37,860 nt of DNA from assembly GCA_009602725.1 (NCBI GenBank), contig WELB01000029.1, forward strand, positions 911,612 through 949,471, in the 5' to 3' direction. The position numbers and the translations under genes were made by a program. The notes under the pieces are model-generated. The model saw nothing but the letters and a program-made list of their open reading frames with translations. It ran no database searches and was not told where the DNA came from. The stretch comes from Spirogloea muscicola (Eukaryota). Shown here piece after piece: positions 23,390 to 35,800 of the stretch (within the stretch, counting starts at the first letter, position 1; each line of letters begins with the position of its first letter).

Positions 23390-24612
23390 GGCGGCCGATG
23401 CTACAGCTGGCTTTGGCGGAGGTGGCGACGGGATCGTGGCGTTTTCAGGTGGCGCTCCGCTCAGCTCAAGACGAGTTACTTGCGGAGCACCCTGCCTTGC
23501 AGAGAGCGTGGTCCCGTTTGCCCGCCTTGCCCACTCCACCGACTCGCAAGCGCAGGCGCGGTGCATGGCGCCAGTCGACACGGCGTCCGTCACGGCCACG
23601 CTGCAGCTCCTCCCTCCCACAGACGTGCGCGGCCATGCTCGGCTGCTGTCGGCCGCCTCCCCTGGCGCGGCAGCCTGGCTCTGCGCGCCCCCCCTGTACG
23701 ATGCCCCTCAGGAAGCCGGATTTACTTTTCCGTACGGCCACCCATCGCCTGTTGGGTCTCCCCCCGCCCTGTCCGCTTGCCGTGCTGCAGTGTGAGTGTG
23801 GGGAGCGGTCGACGGACCTGGCGGATCTGGCGGCGCTTATCCTCCGCTGCGCCACTGGAGGCGAACGTACAGCTGCTCACGACCTCATCCGAGACGCAAT
23901 GTTCGGCATCTTCCAGTAGGCCGGAAAACGGTTGCGATGGAGAATACGTCTGTCATGCCAATCCTCCAGAGGGCCGACGAACTCCACACGCGTCCACGCC
24001 GGGCGGCGGCGCGCGCATCATTGCGGATGTGGTCACCACTGTTGTCGTCGACCGCTCGGGGCTCTCTGCCTCGCGGGCTGGCCACGCTGCGGCGAAGGCC
24101 GCTCGCAGCAAGGCGGCCAAACACGCCGGCCACCCGGCTGCAGATGAGTTCGTCCCCCTGGCTGTGGACGTGCACGGGGCTCTCGGGTCCCAGTGGCTCG
24201 ACCTGCTGGCCAGGCTTGCGCGATGCGCCGTGTCACGCAGGCGCGGTGAAGCCGGCTGACTCCAACGCCGCTGGCTCGTGGGCCCAGGTATACCGCATGC
24301 CATTGTCAGTCTCCCTTCGGCGGTCCATGGCCCAGGCCTTGCATCTGCGTGCTGGCCGTGCTCTCGCTGCGGCCTCAGGCTTTCGGCAGGGGGATAGTTC
24401 TCCGGCAGCTAGTTTGTCGGATTTGAGGCTCCTCACTCGTAACTACTGAGTGGTCCATCATCCCCCGTTCTGACATGGCATCTTCAGGCCCCTTCATAGC
24501 TGCTTAGCGCTTTTTAGGCCCCTCCGTCATTTGGCCCCTTCGAACCTTTGTCAATTCTTTTTCGGGCTGGCTTATCACAGCCCTGCCCCCATTGGGAGTG
24601 CCACTTTTCTCT
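23390..24612 (+). mobile_element. Longest retrotransposon copy in the window (~1.2 kb, 5'-truncated, frameshifted): linker, Zn-knuckle remnant, REL endonuclease and 3'-UTR
   Basis: ARLLSAASPGAAAWLCAPP / FRTATHRLLG..CECG..ILRC..HDLIRD / IIADVVTT..AARSKAAKH..FVPLAVDVHGALG / SDLRLLTRNY* (stop at 24449). The UTR ends ggagtgccacttttctctt. No RT core is present. Confidence 0.82.
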
Positions 24613-25132
24613 TGGGCAGTCGGTGGCAGGACCTTCTGCTACCCGGCTTCGACTTGCTGCTGCTGACTCGGGTTATCAAGCTCCCATTCGCCGTGGTTTC
24701 TTGACGTGGCTGTGTGATTTGGCGCCTTCCGGCCCTTTTTGGATGGAGTCTCGTGCATAGTTGTGTGATTAAGAGGCGCTTTTCGGCTCAATGGACCTCG
24801 TCCACTCTTTTTCAGCCCCCGCCGCATTCGGAACAGCTCACTGCTTATCTTCCTCCTCGTTTCTGCCAAGGGGACGGGGGGGGGCTCGGCCGCCTTCGGA
24901 TCCTCTGCAGCATATCGCGGCGTCGCTTACTCCGGTACTGCTTCTCGGGCCCGCTGCCCCTGCGCCCTCGCAGAGGCCTCGGGCGGCCCGCGCCCCCGCC
25001 GCCGGCCCCGCCGGGGCTCCCCCCCCCGCCGCGGCCCCNGGCCGCCGAGGCCGCCTGCGTGCCAGAGCTGCGGCGGCGCGCCACGCCGCTCCCTAGTGGC
25101 TTCCTCGCGCCCCGCGGCGCCGCCGCGCTGCC

Positions 25133-28100
25133 ATGGGCAACAAGCTGACAAAGCGTAGGCACTGCGTCGACGAGCGCCTCACTCGCCCGCAGGTGCTGTG
25201 CCGCCGCCAGACTTCTGCCTGGTTCCATATCCATCGCTTAGCATGCTCCGCTTAGTTGCCGTCAAAGCACGCAGCCGTTATGAAGGGGCGCGCTATTCTC
25301 CTCTCTCACAAACGTGTCTACAGCGAGCACCCTGAGCCGGGCCTATTGGAAAAGGACACAAATCAGCTCTCGCAATGGCTGCGAGAGGCCAGCGCAAAGG
25401 ACTGTACGAGGCCTAGTAAGCCTGGCCAGAAAGTGCTGTGACCTGCTCGCAGCGAGCAACAGGGTTATCCGACGGTTGAGGTCGAGCACACAGCAGGCAG
25501 CTCTCATTGCCAGTATGTCTCAGCAGGCTGGACTGAGGAGCTATAGCTTTCAGAGCATCCCGCTTGACTGTCGTCGCTGCTGCGGGGCTTCCGCGCAGGG
25601 GCTGTACCTCTACAGGGATCTGGACCACAGGAAGCTCCGGAAGCTCATCCTGGACGGCAAGCTGGCACCCTGCTACTTAGGCTCGGAAGAGCCTGCGCTC
25701 GACCTGGAAGAGTGCCCCATCTGCTTCCTGGTGAGTGCTGGCATGTAGGCTACCAGGGCAGTACCTGCAGGGATAGGTGTGCAGAGTATGCCACACCCTC
25801 GGGAGTTGTTGTTCAGGTCCTGCCTGCAAGATTGGTCCCATGTCAGCGACTCCTCCTGTCACTCCTTTGCCACGAGCCCTGTGTAGTCTGAAAGTTGTAG
25901 TCGTGACAGGCTTGTCTGCATGATGTGCAGCTGTAAGTCTGGCCTCTCCGCCTTCAGCAGTCATTGCCACTCAATTCGCTCACAACATGCCGCTGCTCTT
26001 CTTGTTTGAGCTTTTGATGAGTGAGGCTTGATAGAGGACTAGGCCGCCTGTGCGCCAGGCGGTGGCTGGGGTAGGAGAGTTTCTTGTGTGAGTGCTGGCT
26101 TATGGTGTCAATGAGTTGTGGCTGGGTGCAGCAATATCCCAGCCTGAACAGGTCAAGGTGCTGCTGCAAGGCCATCTGTACAGGTCAGTATCTGCCCCCG
26201 CCTGCACTCTGTCTATTTGAGCCTTGTGCTTGCACTTGAGGACTGATGGCTGCCCTGTGTAATACGTTACACTGCTTTTGGTGACCATGCCCTTAGCTTG
26301 ACTTGTCCACACACGGACACTTTGGATGAAGAATCTCAGGGTACACTTCTGTCTGCTGATGGCAACAACGGCTCTCCACTGTCTATGGTCGATACAGAAT
26401 GCTTCCTCCAGATGAAGCCGCCACAAGTTGCAAAGCCTACACAGTATGCATCAGGCCTTCTCCTTGAAGCCTTTCATGAAAGATGGCCTATTAGGCATCA
26501 TGAGCTCTCGATATCCTTTGATGGAAGGGCTGTTTGCAGAGAAGTCAGCATAGAACATTGCTTTCAAGGGAGCAACACATATTCCTGCTGTCCAATTCTG
26601 CATATTGTTGGCACTGTTTGTAGCCAAGATTGCGGATAGTGCCTGCTTCAGGTGCCCATTCTGCAAAGCGCCTGGATATGCTGTGGAGTATAGAGGAGCG
26701 CAGACGCAAGAAGAGAAGGGTGTAGAGCAGCTAGTAAGCACCTGCCCTGAACCTAGAAGGTGGCTTCTTGTGCCCGTTATGAGGGCCGGCTGCAAGGTTC
26801 TGTGTTCTGCATCCATGGGGCCAAGAGCTAGGCAGGCAAGATGGGCCACTCGTTTGACTGGCCACTTTATCTGCAGGAGGAGCAGAAGGTGATCGAGGCT
26901 AAGATCAGGATGCGGCAGCAGGAGCTCGACGAGGACAAGGAGAGGGCCCGAACAAGAACAGACAGTGCTTCATCCATCCTGCCTATGCCACCAGTGCTCT
27001 CTGACAACCCTACCACTGCTCCAACTTCTGAGGCCGCACCCCACAGCCCTGCTCAGCTTGTGTTGGAAGCATCTCGCTCGGCCTCAGGCCCCGCCTGGGG
27101 CCTGTGGTCGAGCTCTCCCAACCGTGGTGGAGCTGCAAGTGCTACTGGGGGCGGTGGGCCTCACAACCCGCATCCTGTGGCACGTGGAGTGGAGCCGGAC
27201 TCGGTGTGGTCCAGATCTGGCTTAAGAGCATCTGCTGGGGAAGTAAGGAACCCATCGGGGTCTGGCATCCAACCGAGCCAGCTTCTCACGCAGGTTATGA
27301 CTTCGCCCCGCCAAGTTGCAGCCTGCTAGCTCCCTCAGCCTGTGAGGTGGCGCGTACACTGTGCTTGAGCCACTCTTTGACAAACTTGTCCGTCATGTCT
27401 CGTGGCTGCCTCGTGGCTGAGGCGCATTCTGCTGCCCTGCACTCCAGAGCCACGCAATGGCTGGCTCCCATGCGGCAGCAGCTAGGATGCAGTTTGGGCC
27501 TGGTGCACCTGCTGGAGGCGTGCTGAGCTCTCTAACTGGCAGCCATCGGCAGCGAGCGGCGTCCGTATCACAATCATTGCAGGAAGGCACCAGGACAGGT
27601 GCCAACAATAACACAAGTCTTAGCAGCTTCTTTATCTATGCCACAGGGTGCTACCAAGCTATCTGCTGTCTATCAAAGAGCTTAATGTACAGCCGATGAC
27701 GCCATATGTGTTTCAGAGGGGCAAGCCTCTGTGGTGGATGACCCTGACTCTTCAACTGGCATTGAGGGACAGTCACAGAGGAGGTCAGTGTGAGGCAGCT
27801 ATATTTACAGTCTAGTTTTCAGTAGGACTTTTAGCACAGCGGTGCTCCCCCTTGTCTTCATCTTCACGTTAGCCTCCATATTCCCATGCTGCTTGCTATA
27901 CCTATCAGGAGCTATGGTAGCTATCAGAATTGCACTGTCAGCTGTCTCCTTTTTAAGGACCAGGTCAAGTGCTGTGAGGGCTTCATGGTAAGGAGGTGGC
28001 TTTGACAAGGAGTCGACCAAGTCCAGCTCTGATTGACTACTTGTCTTGTGCACAGGTCAGAGGTATTCGACCTTGACTTTGACGATATTATGCTAATGGA

Positions 28101-29271
28101 AGCTATCTGGCAATCCTTAAGGGTACTCTCACTTTACTGTGCCCACATGCCCTTCTCCTGTGCATCGTATGGACTTTGCATTCACTTTGGAGCTCAAGTT
28201 GTGGACTTTTGGCATCTCAGATGCGCTTTGAGATGACAAGCGGATTGAGAATGAAGGCTGTTTGTGACTTGTGCAATTTCATTGTTTGATGTGACTCTTA
28301 CTTGGCCAGGAGTCCAGTAGCACGCTGACCCAGAGACTTTCCATCAATGTGCTGATTACTTTCAGGAGCAGGAGCTGCAAAGGCACGTACACACCGAGCA
28401 AGCATCACCAGCCAGTGTGCGGACTGGTGCTGGTCTTGCACGCGCAGATATACTGGTTGGCAGTAAGCCGTTGTATGCCGAGCCTGGCAGGAGTTCAGTC
28501 ACAGGGGGATTGGCAGAAGCAATTGCAGCTCTTGCCGAGCGAAGAGCAGTTCCAGCAGCCGAGGTTGCAGATTCAAGACCACAGCACTTGAGCTCCAGCT
28601 TGCATGCGGCGCAAGGACATGATTTACCCGCATTCTCATGTGCACCTGACGCTCCTTCAGCAGCCAGTAGCAGTGGGAGAGGCCAGAGCAATGTCTCCGA
28701 GTCCATGGCCGAGTGGATGAGGGAGAGAGAGATGCTGGCGAGATCCAGCGTTGACGACCTGGTCCCGTCCAACCTGAGAAGAAGCCAATCGAGGGGCAAT
28801 CTGACAGGCTTGCCTGGGTCTCAGCAATCAATTGGTGCTCCATTGGAAAAGGTGGAGCGCTCAGGAGCCAGCAGCAGTAGCATGAAGGAAAGCATGGAGA
28901 TGTCTGTGGAGCTGCATGGAGAATATGCTTCCCAACCTCGGCCTCCTGCCATCGTTGCCGAGCTTTTCGCCTCTTCTTCTCTAGCTGCGGAAGGTTCGGA
29001 AGATGCTGCATCAGACAGTCATCCAAGTGAAGTTCCACTGTCGAGGTTGGCTTTTCAAGAAGCAGAATCTCGATCGGAGGAGGTTGATGGAGGATGTGTG
29101 TCATCCAGCACCATCCTTACGGGCCTTGCAGCACCGTCGGAGACATTTGAAGAGCAGATGTGTAGAGCCCTAGCCTTGTCACTCCTTGAAGCTGATGTGT
29201 TGAGCACAGCAGGATGCTCTGGAGGAGGACAGGCACCAACTTTATCAGCAGAGGAGTTGGACTTGGCGTAG
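25133..29271 (+). CDS. DA2: RING-type E3 ubiquitin ligase, DA2/GW2-like, multi-exon
   Basis: [14 protein letters not shown] (25133-25192); [26 protein letters not shown] (25599-25730); [16 protein letters not shown] (~26132-26183); ECFLQMK (~26398-26444); CPFCK..YAVEYRG (~26652-26733); [17 protein letters not shown] (26877 onward); [13 protein letters not shown] (~28057-28122); [13 protein letters not shown] in the last exon, ending 29271. Middle exons are uncertain. Confidence 0.88.
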
Positions 29272-30785
29272 TTATATTGAGCCGTGACTTTGAGCGAGCC
29301 ACTTTGTGCTGGTGGGCCTTCATGGCTACAAGATCCCGGGGTGATCCCAAGCAGAGCCTCCCTTTCGGCGCTGGGGCAGTAGGTTGGTTGATATGACATG
29401 TCGTTGTTAATGCCCGTCAACTTCTTGAGGACGTACTCCTGTCACTTCATGTCTTATCTAGTGAGGACTTTTGCATTTTGGCCACGAACAGTTGATTGTC
29501 GTTTGATCCTTAATGGATGACATCATGGTCAGAGCAATGTGCCAATCGGTGCTGTTGCTGTAACAGGTCATCCAGAGACTTCAGACAGACATGTTCTTAT
29601 CCTGCAAACAGCTTTGTGGTGACAGACGCAATGTTGTATGTCATCACTTGGTACATATGCACTTCGGCATATGCAACTACGGGATCATCTGCGCACTTCT
29701 GCTTCACAGCAAAGTTGGTTACCTGAGCCATCATCTGACCTGCAAAATTCTTTGGAAATGATGTCGATAGCCCTGTCGCTGAGGTCAATCAAAGTCAAAG
29801 TCGAGCTCTTGCTCACAAACAGGAGGCCTTGGTGAATACAGGTAGACAGTATCAGGTGGAGACGAACAGCCAATTCTCGGTGTCTTGCTTCTGATTTTCT
29901 CATCTTTCGGTTTGCCATGCACTTGCCGGTTGGGCGAAGCACAGCCAAGGGTTGACAGATTCATAGGGTCTAATCAGCAATTAGTATGTGCAAACCTAGC
30001 TTTGACATGCAAAAGTTCCCTGCAAGCAAGCCCTTGGAGTACATATCATTCTATGCGTCTGATCCAGCTCCAAGACATTTCTTAGTGGAGTAGCACTACC
30101 AACAGTGCTTTGTCACCATTATGCAAGGCATGAGCACGCGTGCCAAGCGTGCAAGCAAGGAGCAATTAAGTATGGCCGGCAGTTGTGGACCGTCGAGAAG
30201 AGGCAGCATGGCTATCTCGCATTGCTTGTTCTTGTTTCAGCTTGATTGATGCTGATCAGTGATTGCCTCGTCAGACAAGCAAAGGATTGGCATGTGGCCC
30301 TCTAACAAGCCCCCTTGTTAGTCAAAACAATAGAGAGGACTTACTGATTCAAGTCATCGCAGATGAGGATGACAATGTGCTCTCTGAGCACAACAAGCAA
30401 GGAAACTCATTGCTTGTGTGTGCCTTCATGACCTTTGCTACTTTCTCATGAAACCTAGGTATATCTGACATTTGAAGAGAAGCAACAGCAGTATACAAAA
30501 GAAAAGCGCACATACTAACGTTCACTCGGTGTTTTCTGTACTCAGACTCGGAGCTCAATCTCGTCGCCAATACAACCCAATACTGGGTCTCCCCACGGCA
30601 AAAGCTACCAGACAATGAGCTCCATGCTCGTGAGGGGTGCTCAGTCGAGCACCTGTCAACAATAATACAAGCTCTAAACGCCACGTCGCCGTGAACGAGG
30701 TGCTGGGTGGGTAGGCTTGTCATACATCACCGCCGGTCTTCCACGAGCCCTGCTGACGCTCACAATGAGCAGCAGGCAGTGCAGG

Positions 30786-32504
30786 CTACAGTGATGAGCA
30801 ACTGTACCAGCAGTTTATGGTATTGTTTTGCCCAGTACGAGAATGACCATCATGACATGAGATAATTGGGTTGCGGGGGAGCAATCTGCCACAGCTGGAG
30901 TGGAGCAGGGATGCGTGAGGGGAAATACCTGTATGTCCATAGCCATTCCCAAGTGCAACCCCCATGGCATAGCGCAGCCCAGTGTGCTGCGAGTCATCCA
31001 AGGCCTGAGGCAGCGTCGCCACCGAGGCCGTGCTCGCCTGGTGCTCCAGCCTTGAATGCCTCTCCATCCTGGATGCCCTGTCCTCCCCTTCTCCTCTGTT
31101 CTGCAGATCCTCCTCATCGTCCCCGTCCGCATCTGCGTCTGTTCTCCTCAGCTTCTTTTCCCTCTCCTCTTCGGCGTCAACGTCCACCTCCTGGTCTGAT
31201 CCCCCTCCATCGGTATGAGCTGAGCTCTGTTTCCTTTTGGCCCGGGCCTTGCGGTTCTGCAGCCGCAAGTGGACATAGGCTGCTGTGAGATTGCAGAACA
31301 ACCTCGCCTGCCCTGCTCCCAGGAAGCAGGGGGCTGCACCTCTACGCCCCTGCACTAGCACGCTCTGCACAGTCATCGACAGAGCGACCTACTTTGCATT
31401 GACATGATGGCCAAGGCACTGCACGGTGCAGACTGCATATCATGAGGTGCACAGCCCGCATGGGCAATCTGGATAGCACACCTGGAACCAGTTGTACACG
31501 TTCGTCTCTTCTATCCTGCCGTGCTGGCGGAGGTCGTCCGTGATCTCCTTGATGCGGTGCTTGTTGGGCGTTCCATTGCCCTGCACAAAGAGCTTCTCGA
31601 GAACTTGCAGTTGCGCAGGGCTTGGCGTCCACCTCTGACGTGACTTGCTGTGCGCCATGCTTCCCGAGTATTGCACCGGCTCGTACCCAGCCATGATGTG
31701 GTGGCCTGCACGCAGCAATCGTGCGGCTCAGCAGGTGCAGCACGTGGAGGCAATGGAGGGCCAAGCATCCACCAGCCCACCACCTCTGAGGCTCTCTTGA
31801 GAGTGGCGTCACAAGCCGCAGGTAGCCAGCCCTTTGACAGCCGCCAATGGCATACGCATGCAATCAGGGCCGCATGGTGCCCACAACTGGTGGCCAAACT
31901 GCATGGCCACTCGTCAGTAAGGCAGCGCTGCATGGCTCCAGCGCCCCTGGAGCAATGCGACCGGGGCACATGCGCTGCACAGGGGCTCGGGCCCTCATTG
32001 CCTTGCCAGTCCCCGTGCGCCACATTCACTGAGCAAGGCCAGTGGCTTGGGGGGCCAGCGGACTCGAGGCAGTGCCACGGCTGCACGCTCCAGGGGCAAG
32101 GGAAGGGGCAGGCGATGGGCAGCCCAGCACGGCGCTGCGCAATGCCGGTCGCCCTGCTGCGGGCTCGTGGCCTGCCGGCCGCCGTGGCCCCAGGCTCTCA
32201 ACACCGAGCCCTCATGCGAACCAGGAGCCAGCCTCGACGAGAGAAGCAGCGAGGCACGGGCGGGGGGGCTCACTTGGCGCCGCCATTTGCGGCTGCACGG
32301 CGTGCTGGGCGTGCTGCGCCGCCGCCGCCGCCTGCTGGTGCTGCGCGTGGGTCATGGCCTGGTGCATGGCCACCAGCTGCTGGCAAATGGCGCTGTACAC
32401 CGAGATCTGGCGCCGCAGCAGGTCCAGCTGCTCCGCCGTCATGGCGGGCGCGGCGCCCGGCCCCGGCCCCGGCCCCGGGCCCGGTCGCAGGCTCGCCGGC
32501 GGGG
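30786..32504 (-). CDS. WOX13: WUSCHEL-related homeobox protein, ancient WOX13 clade; 5' end at or in the gap, 3' end uncertain
   Basis: WOX13-clade motif MTAEQLDLLRRQISVYSAICQQLVAMHQAM (from ~32442); homeodomain RQRWTPSPAQLQVLEKLF..GTPNK..ITDDLRQHGRIEETNVYNWFQ (~31650-31482) spliced to NRKARAKRKQ (~31257). Confidence 0.88.
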
Positions 32505-32873
32505 NNNNNNNNNNNNNNNNNNNNNNNNNNNNNNNNNNNNNNNNNNNNNNNNNNNNNNNNNNNNNNNNNNNNNNNNNNNNNNNNNNNNNNNNNNNNNNNN
32601 NNNNNNNNNNNNNNNNNNNNNNNNNNNNNNNNNNNNNNNNNNNNNNNNNNNNNNNNNNNNNNNNNNNNNNNNNNNNNNNNNNNNNNNNNNNNNNNNNNNN
32701 NNNNNNNNNNNNNNNNNNNNNNNNNNNNNNNNNNNNNNNNNNNNNNNNNNNNNNNNNNNNNNNNNNNNNNNNNNNNNNNNNNNNNNNNNNNNNNNNNNNN
32801 NNNNNNNNNNNNNNNNNNNNNNNNNNNNNNNNNNNNNNNNNNNNNNNNNNNNNNNNNNNNNNNNNNNNNNNNN
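32505..32873. other. Assembly gap (369 N) between the divergent WOX and HDA9 genes
   Basis: N run with GC-rich flanks. Confidence 0.99.
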
Positions 32874-32886
32874 CGGCGCCGCCGGC

Positions 32887-35800
32887 ATGGCGCCCAAGCC
32901 CCGCGTCGCCTACTTCTACGACGGTGCGCGCCCCCCCCGGCCTTGCGCCGCGCCCGGCCAGCCCCGGGCAGGCGGGCGCTGACCGGCGCCGCTCCACCGC
33001 TCCGCACCGCGCAGGCGACGTGGGCAGCGTGTACTACGGGCCCAACCACCCGATGAAGCCGCACCGGCTGTGCATGACGCACTCCCTCGTCCTCGCCTAC
33101 GGCCTCCACAAGCAGATGGAGATCTTCGTGCGCGCACCCCCTCCCCCGCTGCGCCGGCGGGCTCGCGCGTGGGGCGCAGGCTGACCGGCAGCGCCGCGGG
33201 GGGGTTGGCAGAGGCCGCACAAGGCGTACCCCGTGGAGCTGGCGCAGTTCCACTCGGTGGACTACATCGAGTTCCTCCACCGCATCACGCCCGACATGCA
33301 GGAGCACTACTCCAAGGAGATGATCAGATGTGCGTGAGCCGCGCTGTGGCCCTCTCCGCGGCGACCGCCAGCCTCTCCACCCTCCGCCTCGTGCTGCGCC
33401 CAGCACACCGCGTGCTCAGACCTGTCGGCCTCTACTCGCAGCCCTGTCGCTTCCTTAGTCTCTGCACGCCCTTACGGTAGATGAGTGTTGGGTCCCGAAG
33501 TACTCGTCCTGCTTCGTAGACTCGGCGGTCCTGCAGATGACGTCAGAGTTCCGCGTCTGTGCTGCAGACAACATGGGAGAGGATTGCCCTGTGTTCGACA
33601 ACCTGTTCGAGTTCTGTCGCATCTATGCTGGGGGTACAATCGGTGAGCGTGCTGCCCGACAACTGGGTGGTGTGGCTAGCTCCGAGGTTGTGAATTTGCA
33701 GGCACAGTCAGCTGCCCCCCTAGTCTCATCACTGCCTGCAGCTACTGAGTAGATATCCGAGGTCCATCCAGCCTTGCCTTCTACCCTAACCCCAAAGTGT
33801 AAACCCTAACTCATCCCAAGTCTCAGACCTGAAGTCTGAGTCCAGCCTACACCCTGGGCCCGGGAGGTTGCTCCTACCCAAGGTTGACTGTACTCGACAG
33901 TGGCTGCACGACTCAGGGCTCGGAGCCATCGGGCCTGGGCTGTCAACAGGGGCTGATCAGCTGGTGCAGGGAACTCCTGAGGCTGAGGCTCTCTGAGATT
34001 CTGAGAATCTTGGAGGACTTGGATGCTGGATGTCGTTGGCATTGCAGATGCTGCGAGGCGGCTCAATCACGGCCTGTCCGACATTGCGATCAACTGGGCA
34101 GGAGGGCTGCACCATGCCAAAAAGTGCGAGGCCTCGGGCTTCTGCTACATAAATGACCTGGTGCTGGGGATCCTGGAGCTCCTCAAGTATCATGCACGTG
34201 TCCTCTACATCGACATCGACATCCACCACGGGGATGGTGTGGAGGAGGCCTTCTACCTCACCGACAGGTATGACATTCCTGCGGCCAGGCGTGTCTCTTA
34301 GTTGGGCTGGGGGCGGGGCGCCCCTTGCCACAGTTGCCTTCTCTGCATTGCTGGCTCTGAAGTTCTGGCATGCGGCAGCTATTACTGAGGCAACCTCTTT
34401 GAAGTCATCACTCAGAGTGGCCCGGAGTGACCTGCTGTAGAGTGATGACCGTCAGCTTCCACAAGCATGGGGACTACTTCTTCCCGGGCACAGGCGATGT
34501 CAAGGTGCAGCCCCAGCCGCCCTGGGGGCTGTGCCATTTCAACCAATTGTGCTACTTGCAGCCACTGATGTCAGCCACTGTTCTGAATGGCGTAGGCTTT
34601 GCTTTTCCAGGTGCCATTCTCCAGGATTCAAGACTGTGCAGCTGACGGGCTTTGCATTGACACCTGCAGGAGCTAGGGGAGGGCGATGGGACGTACTACT
34701 CTGTGAACGTGCCACTGAAGGATGGCATCGACGACTCCAGCTTCCTCAGGATGTTCAAGCCTGTGAGTACACCCAGAAATTTGCCTTTGCCACCCGCCTG
34801 ACCAGGGCGCAGTGTCAGCGTGCAACCTTCTCAAGCTTATCCCGCTCGGTTCCTGATGCAGATCATCTCGAAGGTGATGGAGGTGTACCAACCAGGCGCC
34901 GTGGTCCTTCAGTGTGGGGCAGATTCCCTCGCTGGTGACCGGTTAGGCTGCTTCAATCTCTCTGTGGACGGTAGGCTCACGGGTGTCATCTGCACACTGC
35001 TGCTTTTGGCAGCTCAGCGTGATGCTTGTAGATGACCATCCGGCCCTTGGCTCGCTGCTTCAAGTTGCAAGAGAGGGGGCTACTTCTTCTTTGGTCGGGC
35101 TTGGGGTCTGAGGTCTGCCACTTCCTGCGGCAAACTTGCTCAGGGCACTCCGAGTGCGTGGCTTTTGTGAAGCGCTTCAATATCCCCCTTCTCGTAAGCC
35201 TTCCATGCCGCCGTTGTGCGCGAGTGCCTCTGCCATCATAAGCCTCCGTGATGTAGTTGCTGGATGGGAGTCAGAGACGTGCACCAGCACGACCTTGAGC
35301 AGCACGTATGCTGCTGCTGCCTGGTTGCCCGATTGTAGGACGACGCTGTGAGCCTGGGGCTGCTCTCAAGAGCAACCTGCTGTGGATGATACCATTGATT
35401 GTGGCTGCCACCCCCTAAGAGCCAGGGGCTGTGGGTCAACAAAAGCGTGGGTGCCTACCTGCGATATTGCGCAGGTCACTGGAGGTGGTGGCTACACCAA
35501 GCAGAATGTGGCCCGCTGCTGGACTGTGGAGACCGCCACACTCCTGGACACCACTCTACCTGACGGTCAGCACGCGCGGCCTTGGCTGTCCACCTCTGTC
35601 GTGCTGGGTGCATCAGAGCGCGTCTCTGGCCTGGCTCCTCTGGCCTACTGAGGCTGCTTCTGGCATTTGCTCCTGGCAGGCGTGCACTGCGACAAGCTTG
35701 TCCTGGGATTTGTGCAGAGATACCGCGGAATGACTACTATGACTACTTCAAGCCTGACTGCACCCTCAAGACCGACTTCACAAATACGATGGTGACCGAC

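Larger units (their letters stand above)
17790..24690. mobile_element. Cluster 2 (~6.9 kb): mosaic of nested, 5'-truncated CRE-like REL-endonuclease non-LTR retrotransposon copies of several subfamilies
   Basis: About 15 or more copies of the GGGCTGGC..CAGCCC 3'-UTR motif, and repeated peptides ARLLSAASPGAAAWL, H(M/I)LRC..GGERT..HDL(L/I)RD, IIADVVT, LA(I/V)DVHGA(F/L)G and SDLxLLTR(G/N)Y*. Fills most of the space between the divergent FZL and DA2-like starts. Confidence 0.85.

Noticed and set aside
23108..24259. 383-aa ORF as an intact protein
   Set aside because: It runs mostly in the wrong frame across several element fragments. Only the C-terminal part is in the endonuclease frame.
17790..24690. 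Recurring palindromic GGGCTGGC..GCCAGCCC as a CRISPR-like repeat-spacer array
   Set aside because: Spacing is irregular, orientations are mixed, the intervening DNA is homologous retroelement sequence, and there are no cas genes in this eukaryotic context.
33781..33812. Telomere-like ctaccctaaccccaaa..aaaccctaac in an HDA9 intron
   Set aside because: Too short and degenerate; at most a single telo-box-like motif.
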